Positions 47,009 to 60,343 are shown, counted from the stretch's first letter. The stretch: 64,000 nucleotides of DNA from Octopus vulgaris (GCA_951406725.2 OX597828.1:5084001-5148000), one strand, 5' to 3'. Notes: generated by a model from the letters alone, not told the origin. Numbers and translations: made by a program.

Positions 47009-47612
47009 CAACTTATAAATAAGGGCAAAAGAAAAAAAAAACTCTTATGCCAAATATGCCGAATCGTCAATAACCACATATAATTCATCACTAAAAGCAC
47101 GCGACTCGAAGTAAGCTGACAGAAATTTCTACAAAATTCCGTAATTACCGAATCGGACCGATTTCTGTGATAATTCATAAAGAATTTTCTCGTCATCAGC
47201 GGTAAATACGTTAAGAAATAAATGAAATACTTACTTGCATATATGGAACAAGCATGCGCAAAGCCATGTGTACACTTAAGTGCCCCAAATATATCCAAAT
47301 AGAAATTTTGCAGCACACATCAAGACACGTGCAATCAGACTGAAAATTCTGATACAGTAAGAGACAGTCCGGAAGTGAATGGTATTAAATTTACATCTAA
47401 TATAGGATAAAATTTTCAGAAAAAGTTTATCATTGGCCAGCACGTTAAAAAATACATTTCAAGGTGAAAATTATAAACAACTCATAAATAAGGGCAAAAG
47501 AAAAAATTCCTATGCCAAATATGTCGCGAAATAGATTTTAATCGTCAATAACCACATATAATTCATCACTACAAGCACGCGTCTCGAAGCAAGCAGACGG
47601 AATTTTCTTGAA
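47009..47612 (-). mobile_element. Two partial tandem copies of the PLE-like pseudo-LTR seen at 776-1142
   Basis: ataaataagggcaaaagaaaaa...tatgccaaatatg...aatcgtcaataaccacatataattcatcact..aagcacgcg at ~47014 and ~47484. Confidence 0.75.
47145..47205 (-). ncRNA. Type-I hammerhead ribozyme motif
   Basis: Minus strand: TTACCG CTGATGA CGAGAAAATTCTTTATGAATTATCACA GAAA TCGGTCCGA TT CGGTAA; canonical core, 6-bp stem I, AUU triplet. Confidence 0.8.
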
Positions 47613-48213
47613 AATTTTATTCGAAGTTTTGTTTCGACGAGGGAGTTTTGCCCTGTTTCTCAAAGGCTGTCACAGTCGAAATTTTGTGGAACTTAATATC
47701 ATGTAAACCAATGTTTTTATTTTTCATTTTATATGTATAGGCCGATCTTTAATGCTTTGCATGGTACTGTAGTATTATTGTTGTTGTTGTTTTTGCTATT
47801 ATGTTGCTAACCGTGTGATGCATATATTGTTTTGCTGGTATTAATGTTATTAATAATAATAATAATGATATTAGTAGCAATAGTGGTAATGATAATAGTA
47901 ATGATGTCAATATTAATGACATCTTGTAACTTAATATAATGTACTCTGGACTTTGTATATCTGCATTTGAATATGAATATGTGTATGCGTTCTACATTGT
48001 AATATCATAATATTATGTTGACCAACTGTAACATTGAATATAGAACATATGTATGTATATTGATTTATATTATTATGTATATGTGTATATATATATGTAT
48101 AGGAGTATGGGTATATGCACTCATATGTATGTGTATATTATATATTATGGGTATGTACGCACTCTTGTATGGGTGTACCTCCTCTTCATATTTAATTTAG
48201 TTTGTATTTCATA

Positions 48214-48340
48214 ATCTCTGAAGAGGCCTTGGGATATTTTTGTAAGTGTCTCATTTATAACTACATATTGACCTATCACATATGGCTAATATGAGCATAA
48301 TGAGACACCCATATCTGCATGGCCGAAACAGCTGTAAGAT
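48214..48340 (+). ncRNA. Type-I hammerhead ribozyme with greatly extended stem II
   Basis: ATCT CTGAAGA GGCC ...GATAT...GTGTCTCATT...AATGAGACAC..ATATC... GGCC GAAA CAGCTG TA AGAT; all core positions canonical. Confidence 0.85.
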
Positions 48341-48720
48341 GTAGTTTATATTTATATTTGTATTTATTTATATTCACTTATACATACTGTACTTATTGTA
48401 TCATATTACTCTTTCATGTACATTGTTTTGTTCTATATTATTATGTTTGACCTTAATGTTCATATGTAGTGGTTTAATAAATTATGTGATTGGGTATTAT
48501 CTGGTAGTTGATCATTGATTAAGATGTGTTTCTCCATTTTCTTATTTTCTATTATTAATTTGTGGTAAAACATTTTACCTTTGCCCATATAATACAGTAA
48601 ATGAATTAACTGGATCGCAATTCTTAACATTTATGTATTACTTTGTTGGGTACTTCACTAGCAGTATATTGGATATATGTTATCCCATGGAGGGTTGCAC
48701 TTACAACCCCTATCTCAATT

Positions 48721-48779
<59 letters not shown>

Positions 48780-48788
48780 AATATATAT

Positions 48789-48849
<61 letters not shown>

Positions 48850-48929
48850 TGTATATATATTTATATATATATATGTACACACATACATATATATACACAC
48901 GTACAGGTATGTATGAATAAAGCTATTTA

Positions 48930-48961
<32 letters not shown>

Positions 48962-49460
48962 CGCACACATACATACGTATGCCTGTGGGTGTGTTTATGA
49001 AAGTATATACTCATAATTATAAAGAAAATCATGGGAGAACAAAGTAGGAAGCCTATGAACTGAAAATAACTGTGAAAAAATGAATGAAAGACAGGAAAAC
49101 AATAAAGCAATTAATGTATTTTAATGTTAAAACGCACTGAATCCTAAAATGTTTCTTCTTTTAAGTGAAAAAAAAACATCTGTATAGTAATTCATATGTC
49201 TGCCTGCATTGGATATATCACAATGTACACTAGGTCTCTTTCCTATAACTTAATCTATAACTGTTCGTATGTACTAGAAATAAAACATACACATGTAAGT
49301 AACTCTCATCTGCGCACGCACACAAACACACACAAACACACACACACACACACGAATCCACACACACATATATACACAACTGTGTGTTTTTACTATATGA
49401 GCATATAAACTGCATACTTTTGAGGATGTCTTTGCAATGCAGTTATAACAGATACAGATA

Positions 49461-50226
49461 TCTTCTCTATATATAAAAGGCAGTTTGTCTGTCTGTGTGT
49501 CTGTCAGGTTGTAACCTTACCCTGACCACGGCTTTCAACCGATTCTGATGAAACTTGACACACACATAGCCCAATGTCAAAATTCAAAACTAACGCAGCA
49601 AAAATTTTGAAAAGTTCCCCCAGTTCTGAATAAAATCGATAAATTCGACATGGGGTCGAGAATCTAAGCTTATCATATGCAACACATTTTCCGTTGTAGT
49701 TTTCGCAACTTGCAATCGATTTTCACCAAACTCATGGTGAAGCTTAATGTTACGCTAAGGAACTTAATTCTGACGTTAGTTTTCCATGCAATACCTTACC
49801 ATCAGAAAAAATCGATACCATTTTGGGAAATCGCGTTCAAATTCAAGATGACATATTTTCGACAATATCTTTAACAAATTGGCAGGAATTTTTTTTGAAA
49901 TTCACAGCATCATGTCTGCCCCAAGGTGCTATATGGCCCTTTTGATTCCAATAGGGTACGTTATTACTGGAAAAAATCGGTTAATTACATCATATGTGGC
50001 ACACATAGCAAACCGATTTTTCTGTGATATTTTTTTAAAGTTCACATTGATGTTCCCTACTTCTTCGTGCATGCAAGGGAACGGTGCCTTGAATGCCTTA
50101 ATGCCTTTTAGGCTTCATTTTACAAAATAACAGTTCAATGAGTACAAAAAAGGGTAAAAAGGTAAAGAGCATTGCTTATCGACAAAGTTTCTTACATACC
50201 CGGACAACGCCGGGCTATGCTGCTAG
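49461..50226 (+). mobile_element. Non-autonomous Helitron
   Basis: 5' A|TC...tatatataaaa, internal tgtctgtctg and aaccgattctgatgaaacttg, 3' hairpin cccggacaacgccggg, CTAG|T; no TSD. Confidence 0.92.
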
Positions 50227-51013
50227 TGAAAATATAAAAGCGTTAATTCAAATCGTGTACAGACATACTTACATATGCATATGCACGTAAAGATAGTGAA
50301 AGTGTGAGATTGATAGATAGGATATATATGCAAAAAGGGATACATGATGCGTGTAGATTTTTGACAGTTATTTGTATATATATATCGAGAAAATACGTAA
50401 AAAAAAATCAACAACCTTAAAAATATTATATAATGTAATCGAAAAAAAGGAAGAGACCGTTCAAATTAGTCAGAACAATACACCAAATATTAGTTCTTCA
50501 AATATGAAAAATATAATAGCAATATAATAGCTTGTGAATGGCAGAGTGGAACAATTCTCGCAGCACAGGCTTATATATCACTGAGTTTACATCATGCAAA
50601 CGCCAACTGTATACCATTGCGTTTTCATCATGCAAACGATGCTTATATCAAGAAATATAAGTTGAAATCCTATACAAGAATTAACTAGAATTAATTAGAA
50701 TTTACTTGTATAATATTCACAAAGTCCATCATCGCATTGTACTAACCCTATATTACTTAAATTACACTAGTTGAAACTGTAATATTCAAAATAGTATTCT
50801 GTAGCATTATCTAAATTAATGCTGAAATTCTCGCGAATTTTAAGGTATTTTAATGCTCATTATACGATGAATGCTCTCGTTCACAAAACAAGTAAACGAC
50901 ATCTTTTGACGTATCTCTGCATAGTTATGGAAAAGTGGAATCCACTTTGGCAAAATTAGACGAGATGCACAGATTACACTTAGTAAAATATAAGACAATA
51001 ATCTTCTAGAGTC

Positions 51014-51074
<61 letters not shown>

Positions 51075-52280
51075 AAATATGGGCTCGAAGTATATTATCA
51101 CATAAATAGGGTGTAATAAATAATAAATGAAGAAAATCCAGATATCCAACATTGTGTTCTAAATATTACAGTAAAACTGTGATATATGTGAGAAACTCAG
51201 ATAAATATTAACTATATCGGAAAATATATTGTTACAGACCTTCTGCCGTCGCTCGGTCGATCGGCGGGAAAGCTCGCCACGGAAACTCGGAGACGAGAGA
51301 GATAACAACAACAACTACAACAGCCGCAAGAGGAGACACAGAGGCAATCGAGAGAGACACAAAGAAATACAGCGGAAGGCAATTGGCTCACATTTAACGT
51401 ACTAGTTTATATGACTATTAATTGTTACAACATCAAATACATATCAGATACATTTAAAGAGGACACGTCGAATTAAACAACTCAATACATCATACAGGTA
51501 TACCACAGATCAAAGCATTTAAACCTGCAATAACAACAGCATTTCAAGAGTACACGTCCGGAGACAACAGTTCTGTTTCAAATCACATTAAAGTTACAGT
51601 TCAAAGGACATTAAAGGCCTATACAGTTCAATGTTCATTACACAGTTCTCTCTTCAACAACTCTGTACACAATGTCTTTACACAGTTCACATTGTTCTTT
51701 TCGTTAACATAATGTCTTTATACATTTCAATACATCGATTCTTTTTCCTTCTTTTTCTTCACATATCAATACACAATTCACGTACCTTAGTTCCTACTAT
51801 AATAGCCAATGTCTCATATTGTACCTCATCTCTCCTAGCACTGCTAAATCCAACTTGCTAAACGGCTTGCACTGAATACCAAATACTGGCCGCTAAATTC
51901 AATTTGCCAACCGCTTGCCCTGAATTCCAAATACCGACTGCCAAAACATCTTGCTCTGTCACCACCCCCAATCTCTCTTAGCTCTAATACTCTCTCTATC
52001 GCCGCTTAGTCCTATGTGCCTGTCTTCATCGACGCTGTCACTGTCACCCTCTCTCCTAGCTCTCAGATTCCTTAATCTGTCTTCCTCACTACTTTCTTCT
52101 TCCTCTTCTTCACTGTCACTAGATTCTTCCTTCTTTAAGGGGTGTTTAGAACGAACTTTAGTTCACATGAAAGGGGTCGCAGGTCTACCCAGAACCAATC
52201 AATCCACCTGAATCTGACAGGACAATGGATATATTCCAAAGTAGGTCGCAGCCAACTGTCCTTAAGCTGAACCCACAACA

Positions 52281-52293
52281 CTACCCCCTACCT
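52281..52293 (-). other. Polypurine tract
   Basis: Minus strand AGGTAGGGGGTAG immediately before the TG of the 3' LTR. Confidence 0.85.
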
Positions 52294-52461
52294 AAGCTTT
52301 GTCGACCCGACAAAAGCACAACAAACCCGTACCTCCGAGGGCGAGCTCCAGCAGATGTTCCAGGAACTGGAGGTCCCCCTGGGTGGTTTCTCCTCCGGGG
52401 GTCTCGCCTCCCACGGCCACCACTTCACCACCGGCCACAGGTTGGCATCTTCCCTCTGTGC

Positions 52462-52668
52462 CTTGGGTAACACCTCTGCCAAGGCCGCCAGGCCTCCTAC
52501 GGGCCGCCTACAATAGGCGCACCGTCCGAGGAGGTTCCTCAAATCCCTCACACAGGCAGGGTCCAGCCAATCCTTCACAGTGGCCACCTTCCTCAGGGCT
52601 CTATACCCCACGTAGCATCTTGCTGTGCCGTCTCCATTCCGCGCAACTATCGCCGACGACCAGGGACC
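52462..52668 (-). pseudogene. Gypsy pol remnant: RT start fused to RT-RNase H connection
   Basis: GPWSSAIV..DGTARCYVGYRAL (SPWxSP..DGxxRxCVDYRxL) joined to KVATVKDW..VRDLRNLLGRCAYCRR (LRxFLGLxxYYRR). Confidence 0.75.
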
Positions 52669-52951
52669 ATTCCGCTTTTCCACCTGTTCCCTGTCGCCGA
52701 TATCTCGTCTTTCGCTGCTGTACTGGGACCATTCCCCGGCCTCGCTGCTTCCTCAAGCGACGACCGCCTTGGTTGATGAAGCACTCCGCCAGGTTCGTGC
52801 GACCAACATCCGACACCCCTCGCGACCAACGTCCTGCGCTTTTCACCAACATCCGAGTGTCAACTAAGCACCGGCGACTCCTTGCGGACCGCTTCCGCAA
52901 CTGCATCGGTGGGCCACCATCTCCTTCGACTGCGTTGCCATATCGGCAGAA

Positions 52952-54145
52952 CTAGCCCCGCCACTGGTTCGCCATCTGGCACGATTCCTCGATTTGCCCT
53001 CTACAAATCGCCTGTGCCACTTCCAAAAGATCGGCCGACCCAGCCAGCGCTCTGCCAGCTTCTGCTTCTACTAGGGTCCACCCGACCCTCAATTGAGCTT
53101 TCACTCTGCACTGCCTGTCGGGCTCCACCGGCCCCAAGCGGCCATCAACCACACAGCTCACCCAACACTGAAGCAGTCTTCCTGGTCTTGGTAGACCCAC
53201 CACCGTTCGCAGCCGTCTCGCCTCGTCCCCAGGCTTGGTCCTCTTCCTCACCAGCCTCTGCACCGAAGGCTTCACAAAACGTACACTCGGCCGCCAGTCC
53301 ATCCACGCCTGTGGCCTCTCCACAGTGGGAACCATACAGTCCTTCTGAGCCCCGAGAGACAGGGGCCCAGACACCAAAGGACTCGCACACGGCACATCAC
53401 CCGCAGCGACCATTACACACAGAGCCGGAACCTCGGATTCAGCGATATCCGCTCCAGACTTCGCCAGCTCTTCGTCCTGAGCTCCGAGAGACAGAGGTCG
53501 AGATGCCAAGGGCCCCAGACACGGGACAACAGCAACAGCCATCACACATTCAGCAGGCTTTTCGGTTTTCTTAACATCGGGCTCAGCAACATACGCTTCA
53601 GTTTCCGCAACCAATTCCGGTCCAGCATTACAAATTTCGGCAACCAACCCAGGTTCCGCAACACTTCCTTCATTATCTATTTCACTTGATGCTTCATTTG
53701 ACGGGCAATCCCCGCCCACAGGACCGTCCCTATCTCCGGTCCAACAATGATCCTCCAAGACTGACCCATCCATGGCCTCAGGCTCCTCCCGATCTGCCCA
53801 CAGGCTCTGTCGCCTCCTGTCTATCCTTTCCAAGGATGTGTTCGTCTGCGTCATCTGGCCCCTCAACATCTCTATAATCAAGGAAAGCGAGATCTCCTCC
53901 TCTCCGGTCTGGCTACCAGACGAATCCGTAGCGAAAAGCCGATCGAGCGCAGCAATCAGGACAATCCCACTTCTGACACCAATTGTTACGGACCACCTGC
54001 CGTCGCTCGCTCGATCAGCGGGAAAGCTCGCCACGGAAACTCGGAGAGGAGAGAGATAACAACAACAACTACAACAGCCACAAGAGGAGACACAGAGGCA
54101 ATCGAGAGAGACACAAAGAAATGCAGCGGAAGGCAATTGGCTCAC
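52952..54145 (-). CDS. Long open frame in the LTR element's gag position; no recognisable capsid domain
   Basis: 397 codons without a stop; annotated start is a GTG inside the LTR; first Met after the PBS starts MLRGQMTQTNTSLERIDRR. Confidence 0.3.
   Translation of the reverse strand: MSQLPSAAFLCVSLDCLCVSSCGCCSCCCYLSPLRVSVASFPADRASDGRWSVTIGVRSGIVLIAALDRLFATDSSGSQTGEEEISLSLIIEMLRGQMTQTNTSLERIDRRRQSLWADREEPEAMDGSVLEDHCWTGDRDGPVGGDCPSNEASSEIDNEGSVAEPGLVAEICNAGPELVAETEAYVAEPDVKKTEKPAECVMAVAVVPCLGPLASRPLSLGAQDEELAKSGADIAESEVPALCVMVAAGDVPCASPLVSGPLSLGAQKDCMVPTVERPQAWMDWRPSVRFVKPSVQRLVRKRTKPGDEARRLRTVVGLPRPGRLLQCWVSCVVDGRLGPVEPDRQCRVKAQLRVGWTLVEAEAGRALAGSADLLEVAQAICRGQIEESCQMANQWRG
53964..53981 (-). 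other. Primer-binding site (tRNA-Leu-type)
   Basis: Minus strand TGGTGTCAGAAGTGGGAT, 2 nt after the 5' LTR. Confidence 0.9.
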
Positions 54146-55130
54146 ATTTAACGTACTAGTTTATATGACTATTAATTGTTACAACATCAAATACATATCA
54201 GATACATTTACACAGTTCACATTATTCTTTTCACTGTCTCATTTCTTTTACAGTCTCTTTACATCGTTTACATATCAACAATCAACACATCAAACAAGTC
54301 CTTTACTCACTTCTGTAAAAGTTCATTATATCGATTCTTTTTCCTTCTTTTTCTTCACATCAATACACAATTCACGTACCTTAGTTCCTACTATAATAGC
54401 CAATGTCTCATATTGTACCTCATCTCTCCTAGCACTGCTAAATCCAACGTGCTAAACGGCTTGCCCTGAATACCAAATCCTGGCCGCTAAATCCAACTTG
54501 CCAACCGCTTGCCTTGAATTCCAAATACCGACTGCCAAAACATCTTGCTCTGTCACCACCCCCAATCTCTCTTAGCTCTAATACTCTCTCTATCGCCGCT
54601 TAGTCCTATGTGCCTGTCTTCATCGACGCTGTCACTGTCACCCTCTCTCCTAGCTCTCAGATTCCTTAATCTGTCTTCCTCACTACTTTCTTCTTCCTCT
54701 TCTTCACTGTCACTAGATTCTTCCTTCTTTAAGGAGTGTTTAGAACGAACTTTAGTCACCTGAAAGGGGTCGCAGGTCTACCCAGAACCAATCAATCCAC
54801 CTGAATCTGACAGGACAATGGATATATTCCAAAGTAGGTCGCAGCCAACTGTCCTTAAGCTGAACCCACAACAATATGTTAGTTACAAATCTGAGAAACT
54901 ATCAGCATTTATAAAACACGAAAGAGATAAAGTTAGCAAAGTAATGCCAGTGATAACTGGAAGTAATATTCAGCAAAGCAATGTAGTCACGCATTATAAA
55001 ATATCCTTACAATGAGGCGCATTGCAACAAAATCTAAAGTACAACGAACAGTGTGTGTGTGTGTACGTGTGTGTCCGTGTGTGTGTGCGTAAGAGAGAGA
55101 GAGATAGAGAAATAGAGAGTACCTATATAA

Positions 55131-55217
<87 letters not shown>

Positions 55218-55231
55218 TCTATATATCTATA

Positions 55232-55292
<61 letters not shown>

Positions 55293-55321
55293 CTCTGTCT
55301 GTCTATCTGTCCGTCTGTCTG

Positions 55322-55364
<43 letters not shown>

Positions 55365-55424
55365 GTCTATCAATTTATCCATCTGTGTGTGTATATATAT
55401 ATATGTATGTATGTATGTATAAAG

Positions 55425-55590
55425 ACCGATGTTGGTGTGTTTACGCCCCCATAACTTACTTGTTTGGCAAAAGAGAGTGATAAAATATGTAATAGGCATA
55501 CAATGAATGAGCTTGGGGTCGATTTCTTCGACGAAGAAACAGTGCTCCATCATGGCGGCAGGTAAATGACTGAAATAAATAAAGAAATGA
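55425..55590 (+). mobile_element. CORE-like SINE 3' part, diverged
   Basis: accgatgttggtgtgtttacg.ccccataactta...ggggtcgatttcttcgac...gtgctcca.catggc...aaatgactgaaa. Confidence 0.75.
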
Positions 55591-55594
55591 CAGA

Positions 55595-55630
<36 letters not shown>

Positions 55631-55659
55631 CAAAATAAAAACAAGATGCAAAGGATTTA

Positions 55660-55746
55660 GTGGTACATATGTTTCGGGCCTTTAATAGATGGCTTATAAC
55701 AATGCATAATTGATGTAAATGTGTATCTATAGCCTTCTTCAGCCGC
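55660..55746 (-). ncRNA. Hammerhead ribozyme motif (mirror copy)
   Basis: Minus strand GCGG CTGAAGA AGGC...GGCCC GAAA CATATG TA CCAC. Confidence 0.7.
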
Positions 55747-55836
55747 GTACAATTACTACTTCAAGGACATGTATTACATTATAAGTTTTACGTAAAACTT
55801 ATAATGTAATACATGTCCTTGAAGTAGTAATTGTAC

Positions 55837-55923
55837 GCGGCTGAAGAAGGCTATAGATACACATTTACATCAATTATGCATTGTTATAAACCGTCTAATA
55901 AAGGCCCGAAACATATGTACCGC
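55837..55923 (+). ncRNA. Hammerhead ribozyme motif
   Basis: GCGG CTGAAGA AGGC...GGCCC GAAA CATATG TA CCGC; palindromic stem III, GUA triplet. Confidence 0.78.
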
Positions 55924-56107
55924 TAAATCCTTTGAATCTTGTTTTTATTTTGATAAATACACTCTATCACCTACATCACTAAATGTCATATACAGGTGCT
56001 TACAATTATCAAGTATTCACCCTGAATTTTATATATATATATATATAATATTAAAAATTATATATATACATATATGCATACGTATATATACATACATCTA
56101 AACGTAC

Positions 56108-56172
<65 letters not shown>

Positions 56173-56364
56173 CATATATATGGGCACAGAATGTCATGGA
56201 ACGCGTGCAAAATAATAACACGAAGTATGAGTACATGCAATATGGGCTATTTTTTCGAACAACAAAAGACACAAATGGGAAACAAGACAAACAGCATATC
56301 AACGACCCTTCATCACTTGTTGGCCGTTTTTCTACTCTCGTATTTCAAGCATTCAACAACAATA

Positions 56365-56451
<87 letters not shown>

Positions 56452-56799
56452 ATATGTATATATATAGAGAGATAGATAGATAGATATATACATATATACA
56501 AAGACGCATAAACACACACACATACAAACACACACATATATATTTATACTTGTGACTGTTCGATAAGAAACTTGATTCCCAACGACATGGTTCTGGGTGT
56601 GTGTGTGTGTGTGTGCATGTGTGTGTAACACGAAGTATAGAAGGATAATGGGACATAAACAACAAAACACGCATAAAAACATATTTGATTTACTACAAAA
56701 TGAATCCATAATTCCTCAGGTATCATAGATTTATAGAGCATTCATCATAGCGGAAAAACTTTAAAATAATACCCTAACGCAAACGACTGAAATTTTATA

Positions 56800-57170
56800 A
56801 ACAGAAAATTGTCATTACTACGGAAAATTACAACAAAGGCGTTGGTGTATAGATATGAGGTAAACGCAACATATAGCATTGAAACAGAATGTACAAGACT
56901 ATCAGGAAGAACATTCAAAACCAAATATGCACAACATATTCACTCACTCAGAGGGAGGACTAAAATCAACACGTCATACTTGCCACAATATTAATGTCAA
57001 ACATACCGAGAAAGAAGGGATCAGATGTGTTATGAAAAGGACGACAGTCAATAGAATGAGATACACAACCGTGGAATGAATTTTATTTGAAGACAAAATT
57101 TTATACTAATAATCACACCATTCACAATATTGAGCAGAAGAGATTATATATACTAAAATGTAATATTATT
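56800..57170 (+). pseudogene. Degenerate GIY-YIG endonuclease of a Penelope-like element
   Basis: KALVYRYEVNATYSIETECTRLSGRTFKTKYAQHIHSLR resembles VIYxAxV...YIGxT..TFKxRYxxHxxSFR. Confidence 0.6.
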
Positions 57171-57619
57171 TCTTTCATTCTTAAAACGGTTTGCTTAAAA
57201 TGATTTTACGTGAATTGAATCAAGAATAATTATTAACTTCAAATAATGGTGAACGTTGTGGAAGGATATGACATTCAACAAGATTAAATATATCTGGTGT
57301 TGAAAAAAGAAATGAATTGCGCATAACTAGTGGGTATCAAATTACGAAGCCACAAAACTAAATGGCAGGGGATGAAAAATGAAATAGATATTTTAAGCAA
57401 TTCAGTTCACTGTAGGGATTGTATTCTCACGAAATTTGCTTCGGGGAAGTGAAGAGTATAAAAAGCGTAGTGTTAAGGAGTAAGTGTGGTTTCTGTAGAA
57501 ATAGATGTCTTCTATAGGATTTTGAATCAAAACGCAGAATACGTACATACATACATATATACATACACATATACATAGACAAGTATATATATAAATATAT
57601 ATATATATATATACATAGA

Positions 57620-57665
<46 letters not shown>

Positions 57666-58139
57666 CTAGCAGTATCGCCCGGCGTTGCTCGGGTTTGTAA
57701 GGGAAATAACTATATAAGCATTTTTAGAGAGTTACTTCCCTTATAGATGCCAATTCGGGCCATGAAGTCGTTGTTCTAAAAGAACGCTGGTCTCCTTGAC
57801 AACGCTTTACGACGTTGATTTCCTTACACTCCCTTCCCCACAGCTTCACGAGGGAGGGAAGAAGGGAGAGAAGCAAACAGGTGCAGGTGTGACCATGGAC
57901 GCCAACTCCGCCGCCATCGACACACGAAAAATTATGCATTAAAATGGAATAAAAAATGATGTTAAATTATTTTTAAAATCGTAGACTCATCGTAGACGCG
58001 CGCTAATACTCAGACGGGCTCGATATGAATCACGACTATAAGATACCCGAATTTGGTTAAACTGCAAAATGTGGGAGTAGTTAGGAATCTAAATCGAAGG
58101 GGACAGCCACTCACACAACTACAGTTTTATATATATAGA
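57666..58139 (-). mobile_element. Non-autonomous Helitron
   Basis: Minus strand A|TCTATATATATAAAACTG ... hairpin cccgagcaacgccggg ... CTAG|T. Confidence 0.92.
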
Positions 58140-58529
58140 TATATATATGTATGTATGTATGTATTCATTTATACATCTATCTTAGCATTTTGACTTCATG
58201 AATGTGCTATAACAAATATACAGAGAAGAGGGAAATGTACTAATAATGGAAGAAAAATATAGATAGTATTTAATATAAAAGCAACTTCTATGGCTGGGAC
58301 TACCACTACTACTACCAGCACCGCCACTACTACTACTACTGCTGCTGCTACTACTACTACTACCACCACTACTACTAACACTGCCACCACCACTACTACT
58401 AACACCACCATTACTACTACTACTACTACCACCACCTTTCTATTTCCATTGCCGTCTCGCGATAAAGATAACAACAAATGACATCATCAACAACAGCAAA
58501 AGCAACAGACGTAATAATAACAATAATAC

Positions 58530-58786
<257 letters not shown>

Positions 58787-59066
58787 AAAAAGCATTCAGC
58801 GTTATAATTATCTTTGCAAGCAGAGTGTTAGGAAATAATGAGATGGAAAGTATGAAAGTACATGGATTAACGACGGGGGTGGGTGGGACTCACTATATAT
58901 GTACGCACGCATGTGTGTATTTGTGTGTATACTTAAATATACATACATAGATAAAGAAACATATATTTACTGTATTCGAGCAAATATAATTTTTTTAAGT
59001 AGTTTCCTGCGTCGATAGTCCATCAACTTTTATAGCTTTGATCTGATTGATACATAATACATACAC

Positions 59067-59180
<114 letters not shown>

Positions 59181-59287
59181 GGCGGAAGAATTCACGAGCA
59201 GTGAACGTCCATCCAACGAATATGTGTATGTATAGATCTTTTCTGTTCATAATATAATTCTCATATGTATATATCTGTATATTTTTA

Positions 59288-59339
<52 letters not shown>

Positions 59340-60215
59340 ATTTGTATTAAAATCTTATTTACATGTGTAACTCCCATGTTCTAAATGTTATTTTGTTTTT
59401 TTATGTTCATGTATGAATGACCTACTTGCACTGCACACCGGAGTGATATTTGACCACTTTATAGAGTGTCTGGTTGTCAGTATGTTGTCTGGAATGGGAT
59501 AGATTACCTCATGGGCAGGTAGAAGCTCTTTAACCTTCGTTGGTAATCTACATTGGAGAAGCAAATCTCCGAAATAAAACCTGAGGCAACGGAAGTTCCT
59601 GGTTTTGTTAATTTTCATGTCACATCGACGAAAGTCTTCATGCGTCAATAGGTGGGGGTAGTTCAGTGCAAGCTGCACCCACTGAAAATTATTTATCTGC
59701 ACAGATATTTCTCGTACACAAAATCTTAGTAAAATTATTGGATTGGTTGGTTGGCAGACACCTAAAAGTGCACGCGTTGCTTACTCTAAAATGTCTCAAA
59801 CAGATACTGCAAATGGCCCAAAAGGCTTTGGAACCTCAAGCGAACAGATCTTGCTCGGTACGTGTCCCAGAGATACATAATAATGCATAAACAATGTCCA
59901 AGCCGGGCATTAATATGGCATTGCTACTTCATGTCTGGATAATTTGTTGGTTTGTGTTACGTACGTTCGATCTGTGAAGGTATGCAACTATTTCAGTAAT
60001 GTAGTGACACGCATATTTCATGAAGCAGTTAGTTTGTCTTAAAAGGTGCACTGGAAAGTCGTATGCTGAAGCCCACCAGCTGGCAGAAGCCAAATCTACA
60101 CACACACACACAGGCGCGCGCACACAAACACGTGTACGCAGAAATACATGATAAAACTTACGCAAGCTTTCAATCAGACCGAGACACGAATATTAAGTGT
60201 ATATATATATATATA

Positions 60216-60276
<61 letters not shown>

Positions 60277-60299
60277 GTATCATATTTTATATATATACT

Positions 60300-60333
<34 letters not shown>

Positions 60334-60343
<10 letters not shown>

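Larger units (their letters stand above)
51230..54873 (-). mobile_element. Non-autonomous Ty3/Gypsy-type LTR retrotransposon
   Basis: LTRs 53984-54873 (5') and 51230-52280 (3'), both TG...CA; 4-bp TSD atat (51226-51229, 54874-54877); PBS, PPT and deleted pol remnants. Confidence 0.95.
55624..55959. repeat. 336-bp spacer-less palindrome
   Basis: Axis between 55791 and 55792 (ttttac|gtaaaa); inner ~95 bp per arm perfect, few outer mismatches; flanked by (TA)n. Confidence 0.95.

Noticed and set aside
52299-53574. Plus-strand 218-aa and 230-aa ORFs
   Set aside because: Antisense shadows of the GC-rich interior of the minus-strand LTR element
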